Virus record (IMG/VR): IMGVR_UViG_3300035557_000069
DNA from: a virus
Length of the DNA: 64,000 nt
Strand: one strand, 5' to 3'
The notes under the pieces were generated by a model. That model had not been told where the DNA came from, did not search any database, and saw nothing but the letters and a program-made list of their open reading frames with translations. Positions 11,072-20,803 of the stretch are shown here, in pieces. Every line of letters begins with the position of its first letter. The stretch's first letter is position 1. Made by a program: the position numbers and the translations under genes.

Positions 11072-13693
11072 TTAGTAAATCTTTGCGATAGTATAAACGT
11101 CTTTAGAGACTCTTGAGTGATTATTCATCGTAAATTGTTGCGGCGGCTTTCTGTTACCAGCAGAATTAAAGCTGATATGAATCCAACCCGGACCTGATGC
11201 ATACTCTAGCAACAACTGGTCATAAGGTACAAGCTTCTGAATCTCTAGACAGCGATAGTACAGGTCAGACCTTGACATTCCCGGGAAGGAGATATCCACT
11301 GCTTGTCCTTTGTTGTGTTGTGAAGTAGCGGTGCCCAAGCGAAGTCCAGAATTAATCTTGACATTAGAGTACTTCTCATAAATCGGGTCAAGAATATTTG
11401 TAGCCAGAGCCTTGAGATTGCAGTAAATCTGGTCAGCACGAAGCCCGTTCTGTTTGACAAGCTTTCTAGAACCATTGTCTGTGAGTTGTGCCAAGGTGAA
11501 ATACTTACTAATCTTCTCTTGATAGTTGAACGTGGTGGTGCCTTCTGGTATACCACACTCTCCCATCTTGACTTCTGCGTTGTTCTCTGTTGGTGCAACT
11601 TCCTCTGTGACAGGAGGCTTCTCTGTCAAGTCTTCTACAGTAGCAGTGCCCGACTCAATACGGGACTCTTTATGTGCTAGGATTTCTTCCTGTGTTCCGT
11701 CTTCTGGTGTCTCATAGAGCGCCGCTTCCTCATCACCACGCGAGTTAACAAGCAACTCACCAAGCTGTACTCTCTCACCACCAACAGCACTTGTAAACGG
11801 AGGTGAAGCTGGTGAGGCGGCACTTGCGGGGGTTGAGGCTCCAGAGTTTTGGAGTATGACTGGAGCATCGACCGCGTACTTCGCTCCACCCTGCACACTG
11901 AATAGCGCACCTGAGGAGAGACTGCAATTAGCACCAGACTTCACATTTGCGTTTGCACCTGCTTCAACGTTTGTATTGGCACCCGCCTTGATATCAATGT
12001 TCCCCGCAACGTTTAAACCAAAGTTACCACCGACATTGAGAGACATATTACCACCCGCGGTGAGCGTCAAGTCATCACCCGCATTGATAATAGCACTGTC
12101 ATGGACGTTGATTGTCGTTGTGCCATTGACTTCAATATCAAGGGTATCAGATACCTTTAAAGTCTTCGCACCCTCGACACAGACATGGGCATTACCCATA
12201 ACATGGACATATCCATTACGCTCTAGAATCGTATAATCATCACCAACAGTTCGTCTTACCATCGTTCCGTTGTGGTCAACTTCCCAGAACGTTCCCTTGG
12301 TATGATAGGTATGAATACGCTCATTACCAGGCGTATCATCCCATTCTTGCACATGTCCCGACTCGGATTGCCAGACGTTATTGAACGGATACTTGGCGTT
12401 GTATGGAGTCTTGGCTTGGTCCCATGCTCCAAAGGCACCGTTGGCGACTTCAACACCCTTATGCTCTGCCGTCTCCTTGAAGTAAACAATCGTGTTACGA
12501 ATGTTCTGGTGCCGTGCCAGTCTGTTTGTATCAGGTTCATTCAAGTGTGTGGTCAGTGGATACTTATTGTTCGGGTCCTTGAAGCCTAATTGACCGTTAA
12601 ATCTCTTGCGCGTATAGAGTGCGGAAGATGTTGTGGCAGGATTAGATTCAGCAACACCACCCGGAGCGTTCTTAATGGCTTCGTCTTGCGCCGCCATACT
12701 CTGTGGCGTCTCTGTAATGGAACCGTCTTTTTGAGGAATACCATCTTTAAGGAACCAAGTCTGCTCTGCCTTACGGCGATTGCGAAGACCCTTTTCAACA
12801 GAAGAGCCTGCGCGAATCTTGAAGGTAAGAAGATAGTCGGCCGCCTTTTGGTATTCCCCAGCGTTTAAACCAGACTCATTTACAAATTGTTTAACACCAC
12901 CTCCACCTGCATTATAAGCAAGGTCAACGAGTGCATCATACATTGACTGAGTGATAGGAACACGAACAGCGTTCTTTACAGCAGGTTCAAACTCTTTCTT
13001 CAACTTATATTGAAACAAGTCTTCCGCTTGTGCAACTGTCAGTGGTGCTGTATTTGCTGTAACGGGAGAGTTGTCTTTTAAGTACGTATTACCAACACCG
13101 ATAGTCCACTTACCCTCCGATGGGTTCTTGGGATTATCATTGTATGGATAAATCAAACCATCATTTCTTCGTCTCTGATAACCACCTTCATTCTTGGCAA
13201 GTTGTGTGGCACCTGCCGCGGAGATGCTGAACTCTTTTGCTGACTTGACTGGAATACCATCAGTGACGGCTTGAAGTTGTTCCTTCTCTTCTTTTTCTGT
13301 CTTTGGAGGAGGTTCTTCCGCCGGTGGTGGTGTGGGCTCCTGGACGTTTGATTGGTTGTTCAATAGTTCAAACGACTCTAGAGGTGGTTGTGTAGACTGT
13401 GGAATGCCTCCGAATGTACCAACAACGAAGGGCATTTGTTGATCGGGATCGATGAACTGAATAGCAACCCAAGTTCCCTCAACAACACCAACGGGCGCAT
13501 GACCTATTCCAGTCATTGCACCTGAAGTGGTGGGTTGTATCTTGTATGCCCAAGGCAGGTCTTCTGTCGGTAGCAGTGCCTTGTCGTGGGTGTGGAGTCC
13601 TAGTATACGAACTTTTACACGCCCAAGCATCAGAGGATCATTTCTGTCCTCTACACATCCAAGATAGAAACTAGGTATTTTCTGTATATTCAT
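11072..13693 (-). CDS. gp5: Baseplate central spike and cell-puncturing protein gp5-like, 873 aa. Domains in order: OB, GH24 lysozyme, beta-helix, then an extra C-terminal M15 (LAS) peptidase domain.
   Basis: The N-terminal OB-domain motif DPLMLGRVKVRILGLHTHDKALLPTEDLPWA matches gp5/VgrG OB. The lysozyme region NEGGYQRRRNDGLIYPYND..WTIGVGNTY ... DALVDLAYNAGGG resembles T4 lysozyme ([21 protein letters not shown]). V-x-G-x repeats (LNVGGNFGLNVAGNIDIKAGANTNVEAGANANV) form the beta-helix. The C-terminus (SQHNKGQAVDISFP...GPGWIHISF) is a VanY/M15-type zinc-peptidase signature. Confidence 0.8.
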   Translation of the reverse strand: MNIQKIPSFYLGCVEDRNDPLMLGRVKVRILGLHTHDKALLPTEDLPWAYKIQPTTSGAMTGIGHAPVGVVEGTWVAIQFIDPDQQMPFVVGTFGGIPQSTQPPLESFELLNNQSNVQEPTPPPAEEPPPKTEKEEKEQLQAVTDGIPVKSAKEFSISAAGATQLAKNEGGYQRRRNDGLIYPYNDNPKNPSEGKWTIGVGNTYLKDNSPVTANTAPLTVAQAEDLFQYKLKKEFEPAVKNAVRVPITQSMYDALVDLAYNAGGGGVKQFVNESGLNAGEYQKAADYLLTFKIRAGSSVEKGLRNRRKAEQTWFLKDGIPQKDGSITETPQSMAAQDEAIKNAPGGVAESNPATTSSALYTRKRFNGQLGFKDPNNKYPLTTHLNEPDTNRLARHQNIRNTIVYFKETAEHKGVEVANGAFGAWDQAKTPYNAKYPFNNVWQSESGHVQEWDDTPGNERIHTYHTKGTFWEVDHNGTMVRRTVGDDYTILERNGYVHVMGNAHVCVEGAKTLKVSDTLDIEVNGTTTINVHDSAIINAGDDLTLTAGGNMSLNVGGNFGLNVAGNIDIKAGANTNVEAGANANVKSGANCSLSSGALFSVQGGAKYAVDAPVILQNSGASTPASAASPASPPFTSAVGGERVQLGELLVNSRGDEEAALYETPEDGTQEEILAHKESRIESGTATVEDLTEKPPVTEEVAPTENNAEVKMGECGIPEGTTTFNYQEKISKYFTLAQLTDNGSRKLVKQNGLRADQIYCNLKALATNILDPIYEKYSNVKINSGLRLGTATSQHNKGQAVDISFPGMSRSDLYYRCLEIQKLVPYDQLLLEYASGPGWIHISFNSAGNRKPPQQFTMNNHSRVSKDVYTIAKIY

Positions 13694-13771
13694 TCAAAAC
13701 TCTAAGAATAACTTGACAGACACTATTGTTAATAGTATAGTAACTGTGTTGGTTAGAGATAAGGTAAAAGT

Positions 13772-15067
13772 TTAAGCAACTTGTTCTACTGGTGTCTGTA
13801 TAGTATCTTTTGCTAATTCAAGAAAGGTAAGGTGTCTGGTACCGGTGATATCGTGAGTTACACTGGTGATTAAGTATCTACCAGAAAGAACCTTATCTGT
13901 TACATCAGTCTCTTCCTTTGAAACACTCCTATCCTGATACACAATCAAGTCAACTGTTCTCCCCACCGTATAGTCCAAACGCCCCAAGACCTCAATCGTA
14001 GTCACCAAGGACTCTGTTCTCTTCAAGAGAGACATTCTTTGGAGACCATGATCGATGGGTAGCACAGGACTATTCTTATACAACTCTTTGTGGATGATCT
14101 GAGTTTTCATCTGTCCGTAAGGATGAAACTGCATCAGATTGCCCATTGTCTCATTCTCATTGAGTTGGACTTTCTTGAAGTCATCCTTACCAACGCGAGC
14201 CGCGAAGTTCAGAATCTTATTCTGGATATCAAAGTGATAGACGGCACCACCATAGTAGCCTTGTTGTAGTCTCTCTATGTAGTCATAGAAAACGGGCGTG
14301 GACATATCCAGAACCTTCTGATATTCCGCTTGGATATTCTCTACCGATTTCTCTTGTCTAGACGCTTGGTCTTTCTTGAAAATCTGGATAGGAACGCCCG
14401 AATATAGAGCATCAATAGAGGCAAAGATAAACCCTTCGTTTCCCTCAAAGAATACATAATTCGGATTATTATTATAGTTAATGGCTCTGAGGGCACAGTA
14501 ATAAATGTTCTCTATAGGTGTCCAGAAGTTTGAAGTATAGATTTCGTCGTTAGTGGTAGGCTCAATCGCCACATTCTTATTGGTCTTCAAGCCTGTGTTT
14601 GTGCTGATTAACGTCTTGACGGTATCCGAAATCTTTCCTTTAAACGTCTGACTAATTTTTGTATTCATATCCACATAGGCCTCAATCGACATAAAGTGGA
14701 GTGTGAACATAACTTTCTTTTCTGCCGCGTTCTCACGTCCTTCCATCTTATAGAGGTGGAAGATATTTTCGCGTCTCATATCAAAGTCATCACTACGGGG
14801 CGTCTCAATATCCAAGACTAGAAGTTCCTCACCAATCAAAGGAAACGCTTGACCAAGAGCCGTTGTATCAGTCAGTGTAATAGCACCCGTGATAAACGGA
14901 CACATAATGTTCTCATAGATGACAATCTTGGAAATCAGATTGGTTACATCCACTCTGCGATTGTTTGCTATGATGATGGCTGAGTTTATCTTAATAGAAC
15001 CAGGCTCAAACTTTTCCGCATTGGAAGATGTTTGTGCTGGATCTGTTACGACGGTATTATCACTCAC
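13772..15067 (-). CDS. Baseplate hub protein, possibly gp27-like, 431 aa.
   Basis: It lies between gp53 and gp5. The segment NNRRVDVTNLISKIVIYENIMCPFITGAITLTD loosely resembles the T4 gp27 N-terminus ([32 protein letters not shown]) as I recall it. Its start overlaps the gp53 stop. Confidence 0.4.
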   Translation of the reverse strand: MSDNTVVTDPAQTSSNAEKFEPGSIKINSAIIIANNRRVDVTNLISKIVIYENIMCPFITGAITLTDTTALGQAFPLIGEELLVLDIETPRSDDFDMRRENIFHLYKMEGRENAAEKKVMFTLHFMSIEAYVDMNTKISQTFKGKISDTVKTLISTNTGLKTNKNVAIEPTTNDEIYTSNFWTPIENIYYCALRAINYNNNPNYVFFEGNEGFIFASIDALYSGVPIQIFKKDQASRQEKSVENIQAEYQKVLDMSTPVFYDYIERLQQGYYGGAVYHFDIQNKILNFAARVGKDDFKKVQLNENETMGNLMQFHPYGQMKTQIIHKELYKNSPVLPIDHGLQRMSLLKRTESLVTTIEVLGRLDYTVGRTVDLIVYQDRSVSKEETDVTDKVLSGRYLITSVTHDITGTRHLTFLELAKDTIQTPVEQVA

Positions 15068-15624
15068 ACGATATCCTTAAAGTTTCTCAAGACCAATGTC
15101 AAGAGTTGTTTACTCAAGACCTTGATTTGGCGTCTTGACTCATTCATACTTAGTTCATAATCATAAGCGTAAATGGGATAGGCATCGGCAGACAGTTCCA
15201 GTTCCAGTGTTGTTAAATCACCATCATTGGAATTATACAAGGAAGGAGCAGTGGTACCATTTCCATTACTATCTTTATAACCCACTATTGTTCGCATAGC
15301 AGTTTCAACGGAACCATATTTCTCGGTGATATATCTATCAAACACCTCTGTTGACATAATGAAATCTTTACGATAATCATAGATATCATTCAAGAGCATA
15401 ATAATCCAGTTATAGTGCGGCGAACCATAAAGCTTTTCAGAAATAATCTCTGGTGTATCACCATCTTGAATATGATAGTAATCATAGAGAGTGATATTGT
15501 CCAAGACCTCTTTCTTGAAACGAATATTGGTGGTTATATCAACAAGCTTGACATATTCAGCGGGTCTCTTATAACCCGGAGGTGAAACTTGATAGATAAT
15601 TCTAGGAAAGTTCTTAAAGTACAC
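15064..15624 (-). CDS. gp53: Baseplate wedge subunit gp53, 186 aa.
   Basis: EKLYGSPHYNWIIMLLNDIYDYRKDF resembles T4 gp53 ANAIYGNPQLYWVLLMCNDNYDPYYGW. C-terminal RRQIKVLSK resembles T4 LRQIKIIAK. Size matches (T4: 196 aa). Confidence 0.75.
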   Translation of the reverse strand: MYFKNFPRIIYQVSPPGYKRPAEYVKLVDITTNIRFKKEVLDNITLYDYYHIQDGDTPEIISEKLYGSPHYNWIIMLLNDIYDYRKDFIMSTEVFDRYITEKYGSVETAMRTIVGYKDSNGNGTTAPSLYNSNDGDLTTLELELSADAYPIYAYDYELSMNESRRQIKVLSKQLLTLVLRNFKDIV

Positions 15625-15627
15625 TTG

Positions 15628-16728
15628 TTAGAACCCTTTATCAATAGAATCCTTGGTGTGAATACCAAGTTCTTGGAACGTCAAAGAGACGCGAATATAG
15701 TTAGGTACACCATTACTATGAGTGACCCATTGGCCTTCTGGTGTATAGTTGACGTTCATATCCTTTAGTACACACGTACCAACTCTGAAGACATATTCAT
15801 TTTCTGTGCCTGTGTCCGTGTAGAATGTGATATCAAACTCGGAAGGATAAACGAAGGTAAATCTATCTTCAGCCAAAAACTCTGGATGCATATGGTACTT
15901 GAACGTCTTAATAATACCTTTGATGGTCGCCGCTTCAGCCGCGGTCTTGGGATAAAACGTGTAGTCAATATCAAAAGACCTGAAGTTAACACCACTGAAA
16001 ATCATTTCCTTCTTGGTGTTAGCCGCTAGACCAGTGGCAGCCGAGACAGCACCAGAATCTGCGGCATTCGAAAGACCAAGCGCGGCACCAGCCGCAATGC
16101 TTGAGGCTGTTCTAGAACTGGTATTATTCAATGTATCGATGGGATTAGATACGGCACCACCAAGACGATTAATCAAGTCATACATCATTGTGCTAGTCGC
16201 ATCCCATTCCATAGAGTAGCGACTAACAAGAGTGTTGGGCATGGGTAGCTGAATGGCATTCTTGAGACGTTTGGTTTCTCTGGTAGCCGTACCCGCAACG
16301 AGATAAGGAATGGACGTGGCAGCGGCAACAGCGCCGCCCGCGATACCACCCTTAGCTATATTCGATGCCCCTTGAGCCTCTTTACCACCAAGAAAAGCAC
16401 TGAGAGAAAACTTAGATACAGCTCCCACAACGGCGCCACCCACGACCTGATTAGACGCCACCTTTTCAGCAGAGAGATTGGCGTTCTTGGCTCTTTGTTC
16501 AGTCAGAACCATATTAGCTTTTTCTCTCTCAAATGGATCTAACTCAACGATGGGTTGTGTTGTTGCTGCCTTGGAGTTTTGCTGAACATTGATGTTAAAT
16601 AGAACCCACGATTTACCATATGTTGCCGCATTGTTACCAAACAAATCAGCAGGATATGTGGTAAATTCCACATCATACTTGCTGTTTTGTGTTCCACCTT
16701 TCGATGTGAGGGCGTTAAAGTCTGCCAT
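15628..16728 (-). CDS. Baseplate tail-tube junction protein of the gp19-fold family (gp48/gp54-like), 366 aa.
   Basis: The C-terminus (EYVFRVGTCVLKDMNVNYTPEGQWVTHSNGVPNYIRVSLTFQELG) resembles the tail-tube-family C-terminus (T4 gp19 ...IKGLWPTNVGELQLDWDSNNEIQTFEVTLALDYWE). It is the first gene of the leftward late operon that begins at the divergent promoter region. Confidence 0.45.
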   Translation of the reverse strand: MADFNALTSKGGTQNSKYDVEFTTYPADLFGNNAATYGKSWVLFNINVQQNSKAATTQPIVELDPFEREKANMVLTEQRAKNANLSAEKVASNQVVGGAVVGAVSKFSLSAFLGGKEAQGASNIAKGGIAGGAVAAATSIPYLVAGTATRETKRLKNAIQLPMPNTLVSRYSMEWDATSTMMYDLINRLGGAVSNPIDTLNNTSSRTASSIAAGAALGLSNAADSGAVSAATGLAANTKKEMIFSGVNFRSFDIDYTFYPKTAAEAATIKGIIKTFKYHMHPEFLAEDRFTFVYPSEFDITFYTDTGTENEYVFRVGTCVLKDMNVNYTPEGQWVTHSNGVPNYIRVSLTFQELGIHTKDSIDKGF

Positions 16729-16741
16729 TTGTTTTCCTGTA

Positions 16742-16748
16742 CTAAATA
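16742..16748 (+). promoter_or_regulatory. Late-promoter-like motif CTAAATA, 30 nt upstream of the plus-strand gene at 16778.
   Basis: It resembles the T4 late -10 TATAAATA. It forms a perfect inverted pair with the minus-strand copy at 16764-16770 inside a 49-bp divergent intergenic region. Confidence 0.35.
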
Positions 16749-16763
16749 GATAGAGTTCTACTA

Positions 16764-16770
16764 TATTTAG
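16764..16770 (-). promoter_or_regulatory. Late-promoter-like motif CTAAATA on the minus strand, 36 nt upstream of the leftward structural operon that starts at 16728.
   Basis: Plus strand reads TATTTAG. Mirror partner of 16742-16748. Confidence 0.35.
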
Positions 16771-16777
16771 CGAGTTT

Positions 16778-17224
16778 ATGGCAAGAAATTATTCACAGGG
16801 GATATATAAGCCCATTAATCCACAGAAATATGAAGGCGATGTTAATAACATTGTCTATAGGAGTTCATGGGAGAAACGCTTCTTTATCTGGTGTGATACT
16901 AATCCTTCTGTTGTTGGTTGGTCATCCGAAGAAACTGTAATACCATATGTTTGCGGGACAGACAAGACATGGCATAGATACTTCGTTGATGCCAAGCTTA
17001 AAATCAAAGACTTGGATGGTAAGATTGGTACGTTTCTTGTTGAAATAAAACCCTATAAAGAAACACAGAAGCCTGAGTTTAAGGGCAGAAAAACCAAACA
17101 GTATTTAACAGAGTGTTTAACTTACGTGAAGAACCAAAGTAAATGGGCATATGCCAAGAATTATGCGCAAGAGCGTGGCATGAAGTTCATCATTATCACA
17201 GAGAAAGAACTAGGAATAAAGTAA
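16778..17224 (+). CDS. Conserved virion-morphogenesis protein, possibly a gp4-like head-completion protein with a TnsA-like nuclease fold, 148 aa.
   Basis: Size matches T4 gp4 (150 aa). The pattern HRYFVDAKLKIKDLDGKIGTFLVEIKPYKE resembles the Y-x-PDF...E-x-K core I recall for gp4. It is divergent from the gp53 operon, as gp4 is in T4. Weak. Confidence 0.35.
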   Translation: MARNYSQGIYKPINPQKYEGDVNNIVYRSSWEKRFFIWCDTNPSVVGWSSEETVIPYVCGTDKTWHRYFVDAKLKIKDLDGKIGTFLVEIKPYKETQKPEFKGRKTKQYLTECLTYVKNQSKWAYAKNYAQERGMKFIIITEKELGIK

Positions 17225-17827
17225 ATGGCAGTCAAGTCTCCCCTTGAAAAGATTTTAGATAAACATCACGTAGAACTCGGTCAACTAAGAACGAGTTCCG
17301 CAGGATGGTTTCAAGAACAGGTCAAGGCGATGACTTCCAATATTGGTATCAGACGCCCGGAAAACCTTATGCGTGGGGACCAGGCCGATAAATCCAACAA
17401 AATCTTCCCTGGCAATATGTACATGTTCATTTATGATCCGAAGTATAAAGAGACACTTCCTTATTATGACGTATTTCCTCTGGTGTTTCCTTTCAGTGAA
17501 GTCAAGGGTGGCTTCTATGGTATCAATCTTCACTATCTTCCTTATACACTCCGCGCTCAACTAATGGGGTCATTGCTGGAACTGAGAGACTCCACTGGTA
17601 CCGAGAAAGCGAAACTTCGCTTGTCTTGGGCAAAGCTTAATGCTATCTCAAAACATAAACTCATTCAACCGTGTGTGAAGCATTATCTTTATCCACACGT
17701 TCAAACCACATTTAAGAAAATAGACCACTCGGACTGGGCGACTGCGATGTTGTTACCCGCCGAGAAGTTCACTAAGGCAAACGTTATGCAAGTTTGGGCA
17801 GATTCAATTAGAAAGGTTAGCAAATAA
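17225..17827 (+). CDS. Hypothetical virion-module protein, 200 aa.
   Basis: Its start abuts the upstream stop (TAAATG). No motif recognised. Confidence 0.4.
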   Translation: MAVKSPLEKILDKHHVELGQLRTSSAGWFQEQVKAMTSNIGIRRPENLMRGDQADKSNKIFPGNMYMFIYDPKYKETLPYYDVFPLVFPFSEVKGGFYGINLHYLPYTLRAQLMGSLLELRDSTGTEKAKLRLSWAKLNAISKHKLIQPCVKHYLYPHVQTTFKKIDHSDWATAMLLPAEKFTKANVMQVWADSIRKVSK

Positions 17828-19089
17828 TGGCTGGGTTTTCATACTCGGATTTTGTCGCATTCGTCAAAGAGGATGGACTGTCCAAGCAAAATAGATTTTA
17901 CATTGAGTTGGCTGTACCAACGAGCATGACACAGTATAGATACAGACCAGCGGAAATGCTCTGTAAAGGTGTATCTATTCCAAGCGTTCAGATTGCATCA
18001 CAACCACTCCGTATTACGGGTGAAGTACTAGAAGCGCCGTATGATAGAACGTTTAGTGGCGCTTCCTTTCAGTTTTATTGTGATAGAAAACTATCCGTAA
18101 AGATGTTCTTTGATATCTGGTTCAATAAAATCCAAAGCACCAACTCAAGAATTGTTGGTTACTACAGTGATTTCATTTCTCCAGAGATTAAAGTTCACGT
18201 ATTGGACAAGAATAACACCGTTAATCATACGATTATTCTGTATGAGGCTTATCCAAAATCGATAGGTACATTGATGGTCGACCATGATTCACCAACGGTA
18301 ATGCTCTTAGATGTACAGTTCGAATACAAATACTATGATACCGAAGGCGTTATTGGTGATACATCAACTGGCGCCGCCGATACTATTATCTCTGATGGTA
18401 TTGCCAGTACCTCAATCAATTCGATGAATAACAAAGTGTGGTTATTGGATGCCCTCCTTGGTAAAGAGCAACCATATACGTTGATGAATGACTTGACCTC
18501 ACAGATAAACTCTTGGGTATCTGGAGCCAACGATTTAATTGGTACGTCTGCCATTGATATGTTTAATACTGGCACTACTGCCGTTAATACACTAGTCGAA
18601 CAAACACAGACTACATTAACAACTGCGCCGGATGCCGTGACATACGAAAAGATTAATCCCGTCCTCGGTGTGTTTAATCAAACAGTGAACGAAGCAGTGG
18701 ACAGAAGTATCAAGTATGTGCAGAACAACGCGGGCTCCATTATCAATACGGCAGTCAATGCTACTATTTCTGGTGGTGCCTTACCTGACATGTCAAACAT
18801 TATGGCTATCGCAGAGAATGGTTTAGAGTATGCAAAGTCGGAGGCAATTAACATCGGAACTGGTATGATTTTCGATGCTACCTCTACCGCTACATATGCG
18901 ATTTACGAAGGTCCGACGGGGCCTGATGATGAAACGCCTTACACAGAACCACCCGCGACTGTTAATAAAGTCAATGCCACTATGAGCGCAACTCAAGCAA
19001 CATCTAATGCCATCCTTAATACGGCTGTTAGTACTGTTTATAATACATCAGTAACAGCATTAAATAAAGCCATTGCACGTATTGTATGA
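17827..19089 (+). CDS. Tail-tube-fold baseplate protein of the gp19/gp48/gp54 family, 420 aa.
   Basis: DRTFSGASFQFYCDRKLSVKMFFDIWFNKI resembles T4 gp19 DRTFDDWTVTVMNDEAHDARQKFVDWQSI. LDVQFEYKYYD resembles gp19 C-terminal FEVTLALDYWE. Confidence 0.6.
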   Translation: MAGFSYSDFVAFVKEDGLSKQNRFYIELAVPTSMTQYRYRPAEMLCKGVSIPSVQIASQPLRITGEVLEAPYDRTFSGASFQFYCDRKLSVKMFFDIWFNKIQSTNSRIVGYYSDFISPEIKVHVLDKNNTVNHTIILYEAYPKSIGTLMVDHDSPTVMLLDVQFEYKYYDTEGVIGDTSTGAADTIISDGIASTSINSMNNKVWLLDALLGKEQPYTLMNDLTSQINSWVSGANDLIGTSAIDMFNTGTTAVNTLVEQTQTTLTTAPDAVTYEKINPVLGVFNQTVNEAVDRSIKYVQNNAGSIINTAVNATISGGALPDMSNIMAIAENGLEYAKSEAINIGTGMIFDATSTATYAIYEGPTGPDDETPYTEPPATVNKVNATMSATQATSNAILNTAVSTVYNTSVTALNKAIARIV

Positions 19090-19472
19090 AAGTAAGAAAC
19101 ACCACAAGTACAACTGAATACATCAAGGCAGACGAACATTGGTTAAATAGCCATTGGCGTCCAACAATGGGTTGGACTTATATTGCTATTTGTTTATTTG
19201 ATTTTATACTAGCCCCCATTTTTACATTTTGGTTCTTTGGGAAAACGGGGCAAGAGTTTGTTGCTTGGAAAGCATTAACAATGTCCGATGGTGGACTATT
19301 TCATCTATCAATGGGAGCTATCTTGGGTATCACGGCTTGGAGTCGTGGTCAAGAAAAGATAAGTAGGTATAGATATGGCGGATACAATGACTACAATGAA
19401 AGACAAGATTATGGCCAATATGACCAAGGAAACACAGCCGACTATCGTGACTCCCTTGGACAAGACAGATAA
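19086..19472 (+). CDS. Small membrane protein with two predicted TM helices, 128 aa.
   Basis: Hydrophobic stretches GWTYIAICLFDFILAPIFTFWFF and LFHLSMGAILGITAW. Embedded in the structural operon. Confidence 0.4.
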   Translation: MKVRNTTSTTEYIKADEHWLNSHWRPTMGWTYIAICLFDFILAPIFTFWFFGKTGQEFVAWKALTMSDGGLFHLSMGAILGITAWSRGQEKISRYRYGGYNDYNERQDYGQYDQGNTADYRDSLGQDR

Positions 19473-19920
19473 TGCCTTGAGTGAAGTGTTCAATACAGAA
19501 CCCATGGTGATTCGTCCCGACTCAAAGGATATTCTGGTTCAACCAAGTAACCCAACTGAGTCAGAGCCAGTAGATGCCTTGATTGAGGTTGATGCGAATG
19601 GTGCCCGTGGTAATCTCTACCAACTTCTCCAACAGGGGCAAGATGCTTTGACTTATGCGATTGACTTAGCCAAGCAGTCAGATAAGCCCTCGGCGTTCGA
19701 AGCTGTTTCCAATATGATTAAAACTCTAGCAGAGACGAATATGCAACTCCTCGACCTTCTAGAGAAGAAACAGAAGTTAACACGAACTAGCAATGGTAAG
19801 ATTACCAAGGAAGAGGCCTCAGGGCAGGCACCACCGGCTCAGGTTACAAACAATTCGATATTCGTTGGGTCGACCGCAGAGTTGGCCAAGATGTTAGACA
19901 AAATGAAAGGTGGAGAATAA
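19375..19920 (+). CDS. Acidic hypothetical protein, 181 aa as tracked. The true start is probably one of the internal Mets.
   Basis: It overlaps the preceding ORF by ~100 nt in another frame, and several Mets lie within its first 16 codons. Its stop overlaps the next start (TAATGG). Confidence 0.4.
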   Translation: MADTMTTMKDKIMANMTKETQPTIVTPLDKTDNALSEVFNTEPMVIRPDSKDILVQPSNPTESEPVDALIEVDANGARGNLYQLLQQGQDALTYAIDLAKQSDKPSAFEAVSNMIKTLAETNMQLLDLLEKKQKLTRTSNGKITKEEASGQAPPAQVTNNSIFVGSTAELAKMLDKMKGGE

Positions 19921-20618
19921 TGGGATTACCAATCCAGAAACATGCGATTTATAGTATTAAGGTACCATCAACAGGAAAGACGTTTCAATATAAACCCTTC
20001 ACGGTTCGCGAAGAAAAGGTCCTAGCACTAGCGCAAGAGTCAAAAGAAGATGCTGTTATTTACAACGGTATTGTTTCTGTCTTGAATGAGTGTTTTGGGA
20101 ACAAGTTGGATGCTACTGCTCTAGCTGTATTTGATGTTGAATACCTTCTGACACAAATTAGGGCAAAGGCTGTTGGCGAACTGGTTAACTTTCGTCTGGC
20201 TTGTGACAAAGATCCAGCCCACGAAAGAACACCATACGTTTTGGATGTTAGTAAACTGGAAGTCATAGTACCTGAGAAACACAACAAAAAAATCCATCTA
20301 TTCGGTGAAGTTGGTGTTGTAATGAGATATCCAACTTTAGGTGAGATGGTTAAGTTTGAGAAGGCAGATGATGTGGATTCCACAATCATGTGTATTGATT
20401 ACATCTATGAGGGTAATGAGATATATCAAGCAAAAGACCAAACACCAGATGAATTGAGAGTGTTTGTTGAAGCATTGAGTAAGAAGCAACTTGAGAAGAT
20501 AGAGGATGATTTCTTTAAGTCAATGCCATACTTTGAAGCCAAACTTGTTTGGGACTGTATGATTTGTAAACATCACCACGAAAAGGTTATTAAGGGTCTA
20601 CACAATTTTTTTACCTAA
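19920..20618 (+). CDS. Hypothetical baseplate/tail-module protein, 232 aa.
   Basis: Dense operon packing. No catalytic motif. Confidence 0.45.
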   Translation: MGLPIQKHAIYSIKVPSTGKTFQYKPFTVREEKVLALAQESKEDAVIYNGIVSVLNECFGNKLDATALAVFDVEYLLTQIRAKAVGELVNFRLACDKDPAHERTPYVLDVSKLEVIVPEKHNKKIHLFGEVGVVMRYPTLGEMVKFEKADDVDSTIMCIDYIYEGNEIYQAKDQTPDELRVFVEALSKKQLEKIEDDFFKSMPYFEAKLVWDCMICKHHHEKVIKGLHNFFT

Positions 20619-20668
20619 CTCTCTCCCATATCAGTCTCCATGACTTCTATAAGACTAACTTTCTGTTG

Positions 20669-20803
20669 ATGTACTTACACAAGTTTAGTTTGACTGAATT
20701 GGAAGACATGTTGCCTTGGGAGAGAGATGTGTACTTGGCACTCCTTGATAACTATATCGAAGAACAACGTATTAAGAAAGAAAAGAGTATAGGTGCCCTG
20801 TAA
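20669..20803 (+). CDS. Small ORF of 44 aa (MYLHKFSLTELEDMLPWERDVYLALLDNYIEEQRIKKEKSIGAL), translationally coupled (TAATG) to the tape-measure-like gene. Possibly an assembly chaperone.
   Basis: Read directly from the sequence. It is below the ORF track's 60-aa cutoff. In-frame ATGs at 20669 and 20708. Confidence 0.3.
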   Translation: MYLHKFSLTELEDMLPWERDVYLALLDNYIEEQRIKKEKSIGAL

